A DNA stretch of 64,000 nucleotides from Octopus sinensis (GCF_006345805.1 NC_043003.1:13826001-13890000), one strand, 5' to 3'; numbered from the stretch's first letter, positions 25,016 to 36,693 are shown. A program made the numbers and translations. Notes: generated by a model not told the origin, from the sequence alone.

Positions 25016-25200
25016 GCCATGATAGATCACTAGCCACTACACACATTTTTTCTCTCCTTGTTTCTTTGTGTGGAAGAGTGTAGGGCTCGAAACGTTAAAG
25101 ACTTTTACACTTTCCCGAGCGTTAAACTGATACATCTGTTTCTTGTTTCCTGTCTACACCACTTGTCTTCGTCCTTTTCTTTTTTGTCTGAATTCTCCCT
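25016..25200 (+). mobile_element. Second tandem copy of family P1
   Basis: Same CGCCATG...GCTCGAAACGTTAAAGAC...CTTCGTCC layout, separated from the first by (TA)n. Confidence 0.6.
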
Positions 25201-25249
25201 ATATATATATGTATATATAGGTGTGTGTGTGTGTGTATAAACATACACA

Positions 25250-25545
25250 CATAGATAGGCAGACAGATAGATAGATAGGCAGACAGATAGATAGATAGAT
25301 AGACAAATAGATAGATAGATGATAGATAGACAGCTAGATTGATGATAGATAGATAATAGATTGATTGATAGATAGATAGACGATAGATAGATTGGTTGAT
25401 AGATAGATGATAGATAGATTGATTGATAGATAGATTGATTGATTGAGTGATTGATATATAGATAGATTGATTGATGATAGATGATAGATAGATAGATTGA
25501 TAGATAGATTGATTGATTGATTGATAGATAGATAGATAGATAGAC
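25250..25545. repeat. (GATA)/(GATT)n compound tetranucleotide tract
   Basis: Direct inspection. Confidence 0.95.
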
Positions 25546-26016
25546 CCGAAGCTACAGTAGAAGACATTTGCCCAAAATAATGTATGGACGTATGTCATCG
25601 TCGTCGTCATCATCATCATCATCATCATCACCACCACTTCACTCACCACTGCGAGCGTCATCATTGTCAGCATCATCATGTTAATGTCTGCTTTTCCATG
25701 CTTGCAAATGTTGTGGGGTAGAATTTGTAGAGGTGGATTTTCTATGGCCATATGCTCTTTCTTGTCACTACCCCCCCATCCCCCACAACTACCCAAGTAA
25801 GTTAATATCTCCCCATGATCAGGTATGTTTTCATGGAAGATTAGAAACGAAGGACACTGCTTGTATGACAGTGACACTCCTTTACAACAATCACATGATG
25901 TCAGTAACACACATACATATAATACATATGTGTATATATATATACATATATATATGTATGTATATATGGGTGTGTGTATGTGTATATATATATATATATA
26001 CTCACATATATATCTC

Positions 26017-26660
26017 TTTTACTTGTTTCAGTCATTTGACTCTGGCCATGTTGGAGCACTGCCTTTAGTCAAGCAAATTGACCCCAGGGCTTATTCTTTG
26101 TAAGCCTAGTACTTATTCTATCAGTCCCTTTTGCCAAACCGCTAAGTTACAGGGACCCAAACACACTATATATACATGTTTGTGTGTGTGTGTGTGAGAG
26201 CAAGTATCTTTCAGTTTCTGTCTCTCAAATCCACATGGCTTTGGTTGGCCTGGAGCTATTGCAGACGACTAAACTTCTAACTACACAGCCATGTCTGCGT
26301 CTAATTATAGACTATAAATTTAAATTTATAATCTGAGAAACTACGTTTCAAAGCAATTGTCTGAAAATATTCTGTCTCGCTGATCACAAAGGACCACAGG
26401 CATGGCTATGTGGTAAGCAGTTTCTTTCCCAACCATACGGGTCTGGGTTTCTGTTCCAGAGCATGGTACCTTGGGCAAGTGCTTTCTACTGTAGCCCCCA
26501 AGCCAACCAAAGCCATGTGAGTGAGTTCGGTAGAGGGAAACTGAAAGTTCGTGTGTGTGTGTGTGTGTGCATGTTTATATGTATGTAAGTATGTATGTAT
26601 GTATGCATCTATGTGTGTGTCTGTGCTTGTGTTTGTCCGATGTTGCCACTACCTGACAAC
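26017..26660. mobile_element. Two divergent SINE family B copies (minus 26017-26300, plus 26397-26660)
   Basis: Family B tail on minus; ACCTTGGGCAAGTGCTTTCTAC on plus. Confidence 0.75.
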
Positions 26661-27319
26661 CAGTGTCGGCAATGATCCACGCTTTAAAGGGGAACGAATG
26701 GCAATGCAAACAGGTAAAATAGTACTCAAGTCACAAGGATATATAAATATATATATATATACATTTATTAAAGCTAAAAAATCTTCACGAAACTGCTACT
26801 CAGAGTTCCGTTGGACAGTTGTATTCATTGCAACTGTCCGATGAACAAGAATGTGAAACCCGGGGTAACAATTTTGTGAAGATTCTGCAGTTTTCTTATT
26901 AAAACATAATACTTCTTTTATCAACACAGAGTAGTTGCTTGGCTAGGTGGCATTGCTGAACTCACCATTATAAGGACACAGATATCGTGTTGTATAGCTA
27001 GCTGAAAACGATGTTTCCTGGGGCTAAACAACAGTAGTCTCTTCAGGACAGCCACGTTATGTTGGCAAATAGCCTTTACATTTTAGTTCTACCTTAAGTA
27101 TTCGAGTACTATTTTGCGTGTGTGTATCATCATCATCATCATTTAACGTCCGTCTTCCATGCTTGCATGGGTGGGACATGGGTTACACTGGACTCTTCCG
27201 TTGATGAGAAATCATTCCAATACACCACAACGTTTGAACTTTTCTGAACTTTTTTTATACTTTCTGCTTTTTCCTATTGTCGTTTCTTCTTACTCTGTTT
27301 TCTCTCAATCCGTACATTG

Positions 27320-27605
27320 TTTGCCATGATTGATCGCTAGCTACTGAATCTTTTTTATTTTCTCTCTGCTTATTTCTGTGTTCCTTTCTGTTGAAGAGCG
27401 TAGGCTCGAAACATAATAGACTTTCTCACTTGCCAAGCTTTAAACTCGTCTTCGTTTTGTTTATTTGTAAATTCCAACCATATATATATATATATACACA
27501 TATATATACACACACACACACACAAGTTTTTTCATTTTCCTGAGCATCAAACTAATACACTTGCTTGTTCATACACTTGCCTTCGTCTTCTGTTTTTCTA
27601 TAAAT
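27320..27605 (+). mobile_element. Family P1 remnants (HHR-like core at 27388-27411)
   Basis: CCTTTCTGTTGAAGAGCGTAGGCTCGAAACATAATAG; second 3' part TCCTGAGCATCAAACTAATAC. Confidence 0.6.
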
Positions 27606-27636
27606 TCATATATATATATATATAAATATACCCTTT

Positions 27637-27772
27637 CTCTTTTACTTGTTTCAGTCATTTGACTGTGGCCATGCTGGAGCACCACCTTTAGTTGAGCAAA
27701 TCAACCCCAGGACTTATTCTTTGTATGGCTAGTACTTATTCTATTGGTCTCTTTTGCCGAACCGCTAAGTTA
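27637..27772 (-). mobile_element. SINE family B tail
   Basis: TTTTACTTGTTTCAGTCATTTGACTGTGGCC...GCCGAACCGCTAAGTTAC. Confidence 0.85.
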
Positions 27773-28424
27773 CATATATTAAATAGAATCAGTGCTAATG
27801 CATGAAACTATTCACCCTTGAATCAGTCAAATACTAATAAATATATATATATATATAAAATCAAAATAAGCAACAAGAATGACTCCGGTAATTTGGTACG
27901 ATCGTTTCATACTACATCATTTTATTAAATGTTGTAGGTATTACAACAATTTTAAAATGCTGAGCACTCATCAGAGGTTTCCCATTAATACAAAAATTTT
28001 CATATCAAGTGGCAACATTATAGAGAAGGTAGATATATAGACAAAGATGTGGATTTAAATTTTAAGAACATTTGAGGTAGTGGAGCCCTGGAGCCCATCA
28101 ACTGACTGATGGGCTCCACTAATATTTCTAATATACATACATATATATATATATATATATAGCAATTAAGGACAACTACTTAATAAGGAAAACTTAACAA
28201 GAAATTGTCAGGTAGATAGCGTAAAAACCTCATAAGAGAAAAAATTTCGAAAATAATTATTTCTTATTGAACATATTAATTTATATATAGAGGGCATTAT
28301 ACATACATGCCAGACGGCATTATACATACATGCCAAACGCTAAGAGGGACAATCAGTCATTTCTACCAAAAATATTACTAATCCCACCGAATGCAATTTT
28401 TCAAAGTAAGACATTTAAAAATAT

Positions 28425-28472
28425 AGACCTGTATCACAGTGATTTCATACTTACGTAATCATCAGCAGGCCT
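28425..28472 (-). ncRNA. Mirror copy of the same hammerhead on the minus strand
   Basis: Exact reverse complement produced by the palindrome. Confidence 0.6.
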
Positions 28473-28514
28473 GCTGATGATTACGTAAGTATGAAATCAC
28501 TGTGATACAGGTCT
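28467..28514 (+). ncRNA. Type I hammerhead ribozyme candidate
   Basis: AGGCCTG CTGATGA T-TAC-GTAA-GTA-T GAAA TCA-CTG-TGA T A CAGGTCT: 7-bp stem I, intact CUGAUGA/GAAA, predicted cleavage after A28507; U.U at 10.1/11.1 is non-canonical. Confidence 0.6.
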
Positions 28515-28625
28515 ATATTTTTAAATGTCTTACTTTGAAAAATTGCATTCGGTGGGATTAGTATATTTTTGGTAGAAATGACTGATTGTCCCTCTTAGCG
28601 TTTGGCATGTATGTATAATGCCCTC

Positions 28626-28657
<32 letters not shown>

Positions 28658-28702
28658 CATGTTAGAAATATTTTTCTCACTCTCTCTATATATATATATG
28701 TC

Positions 28703-28820
28703 ATTATCATCATCATCGTTTAACGTCCGCCTTCCATGCTGGCATGGGTTGGACGGTTTGACAGAACTCCTGCCAGCATGGAAGGCAGATGTTAAACGAT
28801 GATGATAACGACATACATAT

Positions 28821-28851
<31 letters not shown>

Positions 28852-28905
28852 GTCCAACCCATGCTAGCATGGAAAACGGACGCTAAATGATGATGATGAT
28901 GATGA
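28703..28905. mobile_element. Family C tail fragments, including a fold-back pair (28706-28803)
   Basis: ATCGTTTAACGTCCGCCTTCCATGCTGGCA / TGCCAGCATGGAAGGCAGATGTTAAACGAT. Confidence 0.75.
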
Positions 28906-29371
28906 TGATATATATATTAGTATTTGACTGATTCAAGGGCCTAGAGCTTCATGCATTAGCACTGATTCTATTTAACAATAGAAATATTCCCGATGTTTTT
29001 TGCCACAGCAGTCTCTCCTTGCAAATGGCATTGCATAACACCATCATACTGCATTGAAAGGCAGGAACTCTAATGACATGTTGGAGGGGCAGCGACTGAT
29101 TACATGTAACATCTTCCAAAGAAATTTGACATAGCACTTTAGGTTGCACCTTGCAGGTTTGAGGGCTTCGCTGTCTGTTTAGCCATTAGGTATTTTGTAG
29201 CTATTTCCCACTCTTGGAATACGAGAGCGTAACCTCTGGAATGAAAATGCATTCCTGTCAATGTTAATACCATCTTTGAGTTTACAAGAAACATACTGAT
29301 GTCTAGCCTTTCTCTTCTTTTTTTTTCGTTTGTTTTTTTTCTTCTGGTATCATCTATCCTTACTAGTTTCT

Positions 29372-30270
29372 GTCATTATACTGCGGCCATACTGGAGCAC
29401 CACTTTGAATTGTTTGGTCCAAGAAATCGACCGCAGTATTTATTTTTAAAGCCTGGTATTTATACTTATTCGATTGCTCTCTTTTGCTGAACCACTAAGT
29501 TGTAAGGACATAAACAAAACAACACCAGTTGTCAAGCAGTGGGGGCAGGATAAACACATACAAAAGCGAACGCATAGATATATAAATATACAACGAGCTT
29601 CTTTCAGTTTCTGTCTACCAAAGCCACCCAAGGCTTTGGTTAGCCCGAGGCTATATAAGACACTTACTCAATGTACCATGCAGGAGGATTGAACCTGAAA
29701 CCACATGGTTGGGAAGCAAACTTCTTACCACACAGCCACGCTGCTATTTTTTCTTTTCTTTTCTAGTCTTTACTGAAATATGCTAATTCAGTAATTCTGG
29801 GGTTGTTTGGGAGTATTTCCTTGGAAGTTCCCCACTGACACACAGGACACTCTCCTCTTCACTTCTGAACATCTGCTTGATGTACTCTTTTACTCTTTTA
29901 CTTGCTTCAGTCATTTGACTCTGGCCATGCTGGAGCACCACCTTTAGTCAAGCTAATCGACCCCAGGACTTATCTTTTGTAAGCCTAGTACTTATTCTAT
30001 CAGTCTCTTTTGCCGAACCGCTACATTACGGGGACGTAAACACACCAGCATCGGTTGTCAAGCGATGTTGGGGGGTCAAACACAGACACACAAACATATA
30101 TATACATATATACGACGGGCTTCTTTCAGTTTCCGTCAACCAAATCCACTCAAAAGGCTTTGGTCAGGCTGAGGCTACAGTAGAAGACACTTGCCCAAGG
30201 TGTCACGCAGTGGGACTGAACCCAGAACCATATGGTTGGTAAGCAAGCTACTTACCACACAGCCACTCCT
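29372..30270 (-). mobile_element. Two full SINE family B copies (29372-29742, 29885-30270)
   Basis: Tail-to-head family B sequence twice. Confidence 0.85.
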
Positions 30271-30564
30271 GTATCTAGTTTTGTTGATTTTGTTTAGTAG
30301 ATGCTATCTGAGTGATTGCATATAATACTCAAAAGACAGTCTGGACTACTCTGTTCCCTTCATTTCTTCTGAGATAGCGCCTGGCAATATCACCACATCA
30401 AAGGAAGCTTCTAGCTGGGGTTAGATTTTGGGTGGGGTTTTAATCTTTACGGGCAAGGGACCAGGGATTGTGGTAAACTGCTGTAATTGGGAAGACTAAA
30501 TATAATTGTGAAACTAAATATAATTACTGTTATCCATACATACAGGTTTGTCCTTGGCAGGTGA

Positions 30565-30812
30565 CAGTGCCTCATGAAATGCACTTTCATGTGCCACGTG
30601 AAATGCTGCTACTGCTGCTGCATAAACACACCTGTGCCGGTGGAATGTAAAAAGCATCGGGTGCACTCTGTAAGGTGGTTGGCATCCAGCCATAGAAGCC
30701 ATACCATAACAGAGAATTGGAACCTGGCCAACTCCCTGGCTGGCCAGCTCTATGTCAAATCATCCAATCCATGCCAGCATGGAAAACGGATGATGATGGT
30801 GATGATGATGAT
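30565..30812 (+). mobile_element. Family C element
   Basis: TGCCGGTGG...AAAAAGCA...CCATGCCAGCATGGAAAACGGATGATGATG. Confidence 0.75.
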
Positions 30813-30973
30813 TTCTTCTGTATGCCGGTGTTCAAAATGGTAGTACTAATGCTATCATTTCAAATATTTGACTGACACATAAAGGAATGAGGTGTAAGGG
30901 GCACCAGACAGAGATAGTACCTTTGTATCAAGCAGCTGTACCTTGCCAGGGATGGTTTGGTGGTCATAAGCAC

Positions 30974-30974
<1 letters not shown>

Positions 30975-31056
<82 letters not shown>

Positions 31057-31173
31057 CATACACACACATATAAATATATATATATACATACATACATATA
31101 CATACATACATACACATATATATATACATACACACACACACACACACATATATATATACATACATATATATAC

Positions 31174-31212
<39 letters not shown>

Positions 31213-31251
31213 CATATATATATACATATATATATATATATACATACATAC

Positions 31252-31297
<46 letters not shown>

Positions 31298-31340
31298 CAT
31301 ACACATATATATATATATATATTATATATATATATAATAC
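30975..31340. repeat. Compound (TA)/(CA)/(TACA)n tract
   Basis: Direct inspection; source of the YI-rich ORFs in the track. Confidence 0.95.
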
Positions 31341-31599
31341 ATACATATATATATATATATGCATGCCCACACAGATAAACATATACATTTACATACATAT
31401 ACAAACTTACACATGTACACACTCATATTTATGTACATGTGTATATATTTATATACACACTCACAATTATACATACATATCTACAGATGTATACACTGAT
31501 ATATAATAGAAATGAACATAACAGAAACAATAGAAATAATTGATTGCAAAAACAACAACAAAAATAATTAACATTTAAAAAACAACAACAACTAATATC

Positions 31600-31820
31600 G
31601 GCTTCAAATTTTGGCACAAGGCCAGCAATTCTTGGAGGGGCGGGGTAAGTCAATTACATTTGACCCCAGTATTCAATTGGTACTTATTTTACTGACCCTG
31701 GAAAAATGAAAGGCAAAGTTGACCTCAGTGGAATTTGAACTCAGAAATATAAATATGGAGAAAATGCAATGAGGCATTTATTTTGTCCAAGGGCAGTAAT
31801 GATTCTGCCAGTTTGACACC
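31600..31820 (-). mobile_element. SINE family A (tail type 2)
   Basis: GGCACAAGGCCAGCAATT...GGAATTTGAACTCAG. Confidence 0.75.
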
Positions 31821-32474
31821 TAACCAAAAACAAACAATATAAAAAAATAAAACCATAGAAAACACCCTAAGAAAGAACAGGGTGACGGGGGGGGGGCATC
31901 TCCACACAACATATATAGGCACACAGGTGGAGGCGCAATGGCCCAGTGGTTAGGGCAGCGGACTCGCGGTCATAGGATCGCGGTTTCGATTCCCAGACTG
32001 GGCGTTTTGAGTGTTTATTGAGCGAAAACACCTAAAAGCTGCACGAGGCTCCGGCAGGGGATGGTGGTGATCCCTGCTGTACTCTTTCACCACAACTTTC
32101 TCTCACTCTTACTTCCTGTTTCTGTTGTACCTGTATTTCAAGGGGCTGGCCTTGTCACTCTCTGTGTCACGCTGAATATCCCCGAGAACTACGTTAAGGG
32201 TGCACGTGTCTGTGGAGTGCTCAGCCACTTACACGTTAATTTCACGAGCAGGCTGTTCCGTTGATTCGGATCAACCGGAACCCCTCATCGTCGTAACCGA
32301 CGGAGTGCTTCCATCCATCCATTTTGTCCAAGGGGCAGTAATGATTCTGCCAGCTTGCCACCTAACCAAAAACAGACAATATCAAAAATAAATAAAACCA
32401 TAGAAAACACCCTAAGAAAGAACAGGGTGACAGGGGGAGGGGGGCATCTCCACACAACATATATAGGCACACAG
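31780..32474. repeat. ~150-bp direct duplication flanking SINE D (31780-31926 / 32321-32474)
   Basis: ATTTTGTCCAAG...ATATATAGGCACACAG on both sides. Confidence 0.9.
31927..32320 (+). mobile_element. SINE family D, full length, (CCAT)n tail
   Basis: GGAGGCGCAATGGCCCAGTGGTTAGGGCAGCGGACTCGCGGTC (tRNA-Arg(TCG)-like), B-box GGTTTCGATTCC. Confidence 0.85.
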
Positions 32475-33420
32475 ACACACACACACACACACACATGCAA
32501 ATACATTCACACATTTGCAGAGATAAAAATTGATAAATTTTCGCCAAGCTGGATGGATGGATAAAGAAGAAATAAACAAGTAAAAGAGGAATTGATCTGC
32601 AATCATAGTTTGGCTGAGTGTGACAATCACAACGGCAACGATGATAACTATGACAGCTCATAGCAGCTTCCATAGAAATCTCTCAGCCTCTCTCTTAATA
32701 CACACACAAACACACACTAGTACACACACACGCATTCTTCTTTCTCTATCTCTCTCCCAGTGATGTTTTTAACAAAGGATTCGCAACTCACAGTCATGTG
32801 TAATAGCTAATGAGATACAATGCATCTGGGGGGATGGATGCTGGAAAATAACAATTAAACTACGACACCGCTGGTCATAACAGCGACATTGTGGTTTCTC
32901 TTTACTCTCACGGAAACTCGAATATGAATGGCTCAAGCTTTTTATCTTTCCACTCTATGACAGAACGGCTAATAATATTTTATTAAGAGAACAAGAAAAT
33001 AGATGAAATTAGATTCAGAAAAGAAAAAAAATTTTTTGAAGGAAAAGTAATACAAATTGGAGATGTGTAGGTGATGATGTATGTGATGGGAAGAAGAGTA
33101 AGGAGATTAAGAAGATTAAATGTGAAGAAAAAATAATGGGAGAGTATCTTTATTTTAGAAATTTATAAAACTAATTTGGAAGCAGTAACTAATATATGAA
33201 GTATTAGGAAAGAAAAAAATCCTCAAATTTTAGAAGCTATGTGTGTGTGGTGTGTGTGTGTGTGTATGTATATGTGAAAGAAGAGGAAGGAGAGAGGTGG
33301 CGGAGAGAAGTGGCAGAGAGAGGTGGTGGAGAGTGAGGGGAGACGGGGAAAAGGACAGGGAGAGGGGGGTGGAATGAATGATGAGAAATAAAGAGAATAA
33401 ATAAGTAATGAGAAAAAGCA

Positions 33421-33800
33421 GGAGAGAGATATAAAGAGAGACAGAAAGAAAGAGAGATATAAAAAGAGAGAGAGACAGAGATAAAGAGAGAGAGATAAAG
33501 ATAAAGAGAGATACAGAGAGAGAGAGAGAGATATAAAGAGAGAGAGAGAGATAAAGAGCGAGATATAGAGATAAAGAGAGAGGGAGAGAGATATAAAGAG
33601 AGAGACAGAGAGGGAGAGAGATATAAAGAGATAGAGAGAGAGATAAAGAGCGAGATATAGAGATAAAGAGAGAGAGAAAGAGAGATAGGAGAGGGATATA
33701 AAGAGAGAGAGACAGAAGGAGAGAGATATAAAGAGAGAAAGACAGAAGGAGAGAGATATAAAGAGAGAGAGACAGAAGGAGAGAGATATAAAGAGAGAAA
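33421..33800. repeat. GA-rich minisatellite with GAGATATAAAGAGAGA units and a 30-bp higher-order unit
   Basis: GACAGAAGGAGAGAGATATAAAGAGAGA x3 at about 33711-33800. Confidence 0.85.
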
Positions 33801-34779
33801 GTGAAATGAGAATTGTTATATCATGTATACTGACACAATGATCAGTGGTTCAATTGCTGTAGTGTCTCTGATCAAAGTTCGCTGGTTTGGCTCAGTAAAT
33901 TCAGCCGTCAAACAGGTACTTACTTCTACTTCATACCTAGAATGGTTTCATCAGGAAAGCAATGATTCAGCAAAATAAAAATAAAACAGACAACAACAAC
34001 AACATAAAAAAAAGCAGCCTCCCCCCCCCCCCAAAACAAAAATAAATGCTCGTGGCGATAATTCATTTGCGAGAAATTACAGAAACGTCAGGTCTGTGCT
34101 AACGTAGGAAAAATGGATGTAAATCTGTCATGATTCCTTCAAATATGGCAAGCGTGTGGAGCGCGTGGAGAAAGAGAGTAGTCTTCTGAAGCATGGTTCA
34201 TAAGGAAAGACACAGCGTAAGAAAAGAGAGTGCAGTAAATATTATATGAACTTCAATGAGGGATGGGTTGGTGGTGTTATCTCCTGTGGTCAGTGGTATC
34301 AACCCAGGTGATTTATAACGAGTCTCAAAAAAAAAAAAAAACCACAAAAAAAATAAATAAAAGAAAAGTAAAAGGCAAAGAATATATTTGATAATAGTAT
34401 AACAGACAGGCTTACGCGCAATTTATAACAGCCTCCGTTTGTGACCTGTTCGGTCAGTGTATTCTCTTCAATAATAATACAGTTCAATATGAAGAAAGGG
34501 AAGAAAGTTCTTGACCTCTCTAACATCTGACCGATGTACCTGCTCTGACATTTAACCCAGCAAATGGTTCGACAAATCTAAATCAAGTCCGCTACCTTGT
34601 AGTGAGGGCAAACCTTTGTTAATAAACAATGGATGTGATAATAAAGTCATATCAGAGATTTACTACTAATGCCTCAACGTAACCAAGTCATATTTTGGCT
34701 TTAAATGTACTCATGTTGGTTGTTTCTTTTTTTGTTTTTTGATAGATGTTTTACCTTTTAATATAAAAAAGATTCACGC

Positions 34780-34965
34780 CAGGTGAGATGCTTAGCGGTA
34801 TTTCATCAGTCTTTATGTTCTGGGGTTCAAATTCCACAGAGATTGGCTTCGTCTTTCATCCTTTCGGCAGGGTTGATAAATTAAGTACCAGTTGCATACT
34901 GGAGTCAATCTAATCGACTGGTTCCCTCCCTAGAAATTTCAGGCCTTGTGCCTAGAGTAGAAAAG
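34780..34965 (+). mobile_element. SINE family A (tail type 2)
   Basis: GGGTTCAAATTCC...GTACCAGTTGCATACTGG...GGCCTTGTGCCTAGAGTAGAAAAG. Confidence 0.75.
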
Positions 34966-35239
34966 AACATAAAAAAGATTTAAGGTGGTGAGCTGGCAGG
35001 ATCATTAGTATGCCAGGCAAAATGCTCAAAATGCAACAGATTGAACTGTCTCGAGTGTAACTGCCTGAAACAGTAAGGACATCTGGGAACTTGACTGAGG
35101 AAAGAAGGCCATGAATGACCCATCCTTTGTATCGTCTATCTGTCAGAATGTTTTATTGTCCTCTATTGCACTTTTGTTCCATTTTTTTAAATATCTATAT
35201 ATACATATAGCAGCATACATACACACTTATTCTCACCTA

Positions 35240-35290
<51 letters not shown>

Positions 35291-35292
<2 letters not shown>

Positions 35293-35608
35293 CGGTGGCA
35301 CGTAAAAGCACCATCCGTTCGTGACCATTGCCAGCCTCGCCTGGCCCCCATGCCGGTGGCACGTAAAAAGCATCATCTGTCCGTGGCCGTTTGCCATCTC
35401 CATCTGGTACCTGTGCGGGTGGCATGTAAAAAGCACCCACTACACTCACGGAGTGGTTGGCATTAGGAAGGGCATCCAGCCGTAGAAACACTGCCAGATC
35501 AGACTGGGCCTGATGCAGCCTTCTGGCTTCACAGACCCCAGTTGAACCGTCCAACCCATGCTAGTATGGAAAGCAGACGCTAAATGATGATGATGATGAT
35601 GATGATGA
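35291..35608 (+). mobile_element. Family C element with internal GGTGGCACGTAAAAAGCA repeats
   Basis: Three internal repeats followed by the RTE-type tail and (GAT)n. Confidence 0.85.
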
Positions 35609-36658
35609 TATATATAATATAAATGATTTTGGATACTGGAATTGATGTAATTGACTTACTCTCATCACCTGAAAGTGCTGGCCTTGTGTCAAAATTTGAA
35701 ACCAATAACATGTTGTGCTTTCCTTTGGTTCATGGTGCTAAGTCCAACCACACACACACATATATATATGATGAGCTTCTTTCAGTTTCCAACTACCAAA
35801 TCCTTATGGCTTTCATTGGCCAAGAAATATAGTAGAAGATACTTGCCCAAGGTGGAACATAGGCACATGGTGGGATTGAACTCAGAACAATGTGGTTAGG
35901 ATGCAAACTTCTTACAACATAACCACATCTGTGCCTAGTAACAGTTTTAATAGAATCTATAAATTTATCTCGAGTGGGGGTCATTGCATACTTTGCTGCA
36001 GATAAATTAGTTAAATTATATTCAAAACATTATTATTATTATTATTTCATTAGTTCTATTGAAAGCATTACTTATAACTAATATTTATATATCTCATAGC
36101 TATATACTACATCTATTATTCAGTGCATCAAGGATTACTCATGAAATAACTTGACAGCAGAAGATCTGTACGGATGCTTGCATGCATGCATGCATACGTG
36201 AAAGTTTACAAGTGGATAGAGGGAATCACACACACACAGAGGCAAGCATGCGCGTGCGTAAGTACGCATGTGCTCAAGCATATATGTTCACATTACCGAT
36301 GTCAGTTTGTGTTTACAAAGACGATTTAAAAAAAAAAGTCTTTTGAGAACTCACACATACACACACACATATATATATATATATGTGTGTGTGTACATGC
36401 TGAAAAGGAAGCTTAACAGCATCTACTGGTGCAAAATAAGATTGTCTGTGGTTAGCAACTCGTTGAAACAGTGCAGATGTTGCTGCTAGATGCGACGCTA
36501 CACTGTCTAGTGTTGGGTAACAAAACATTTTGTCTTGTCAACACAATTGGACAAATACAGAAACTGAATTAATTTTCTCTGACATATGTGTACATGCTTC
36601 ACCAATCAGCACGTTGACTTTGATACAAGTCTCACTAATAGAATACACACATAAATAC

Positions 36659-36693
<35 letters not shown>

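Larger units (their letters stand above)
28280..28635. repeat. Near-perfect ~350-bp palindrome, axis 28469/28470
   Basis: Arms match apart from a 1-nt indel and a duplicated GGCATTATACATACATGCCA block in the left arm; no spacer (AGGCCT centre). Confidence 0.97.
27779..28975. repeat. Outer 60-bp inverted repeat pair (27779-27838 / 28916-28975)
   Basis: TTAAATAGAATCAGTGCTAATGCATGAA...CCCTTGAATCAGTCAAATACTAAT and its reverse complement, differing in one short central block. Confidence 0.9.

Noticed and set aside
25122-25910. Longest ORF in the track (262 aa)
   Set aside because: It runs through (GAT)n, (GATA)n and SINE fragments and has no protein-like composition.
28949-29290. Possible coding remnant next to the palindrome (GIY-YIG or RT of a Penelope-like element)
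   Set aside because: No motif recognised in any frame by eye; an HMM search would be needed.
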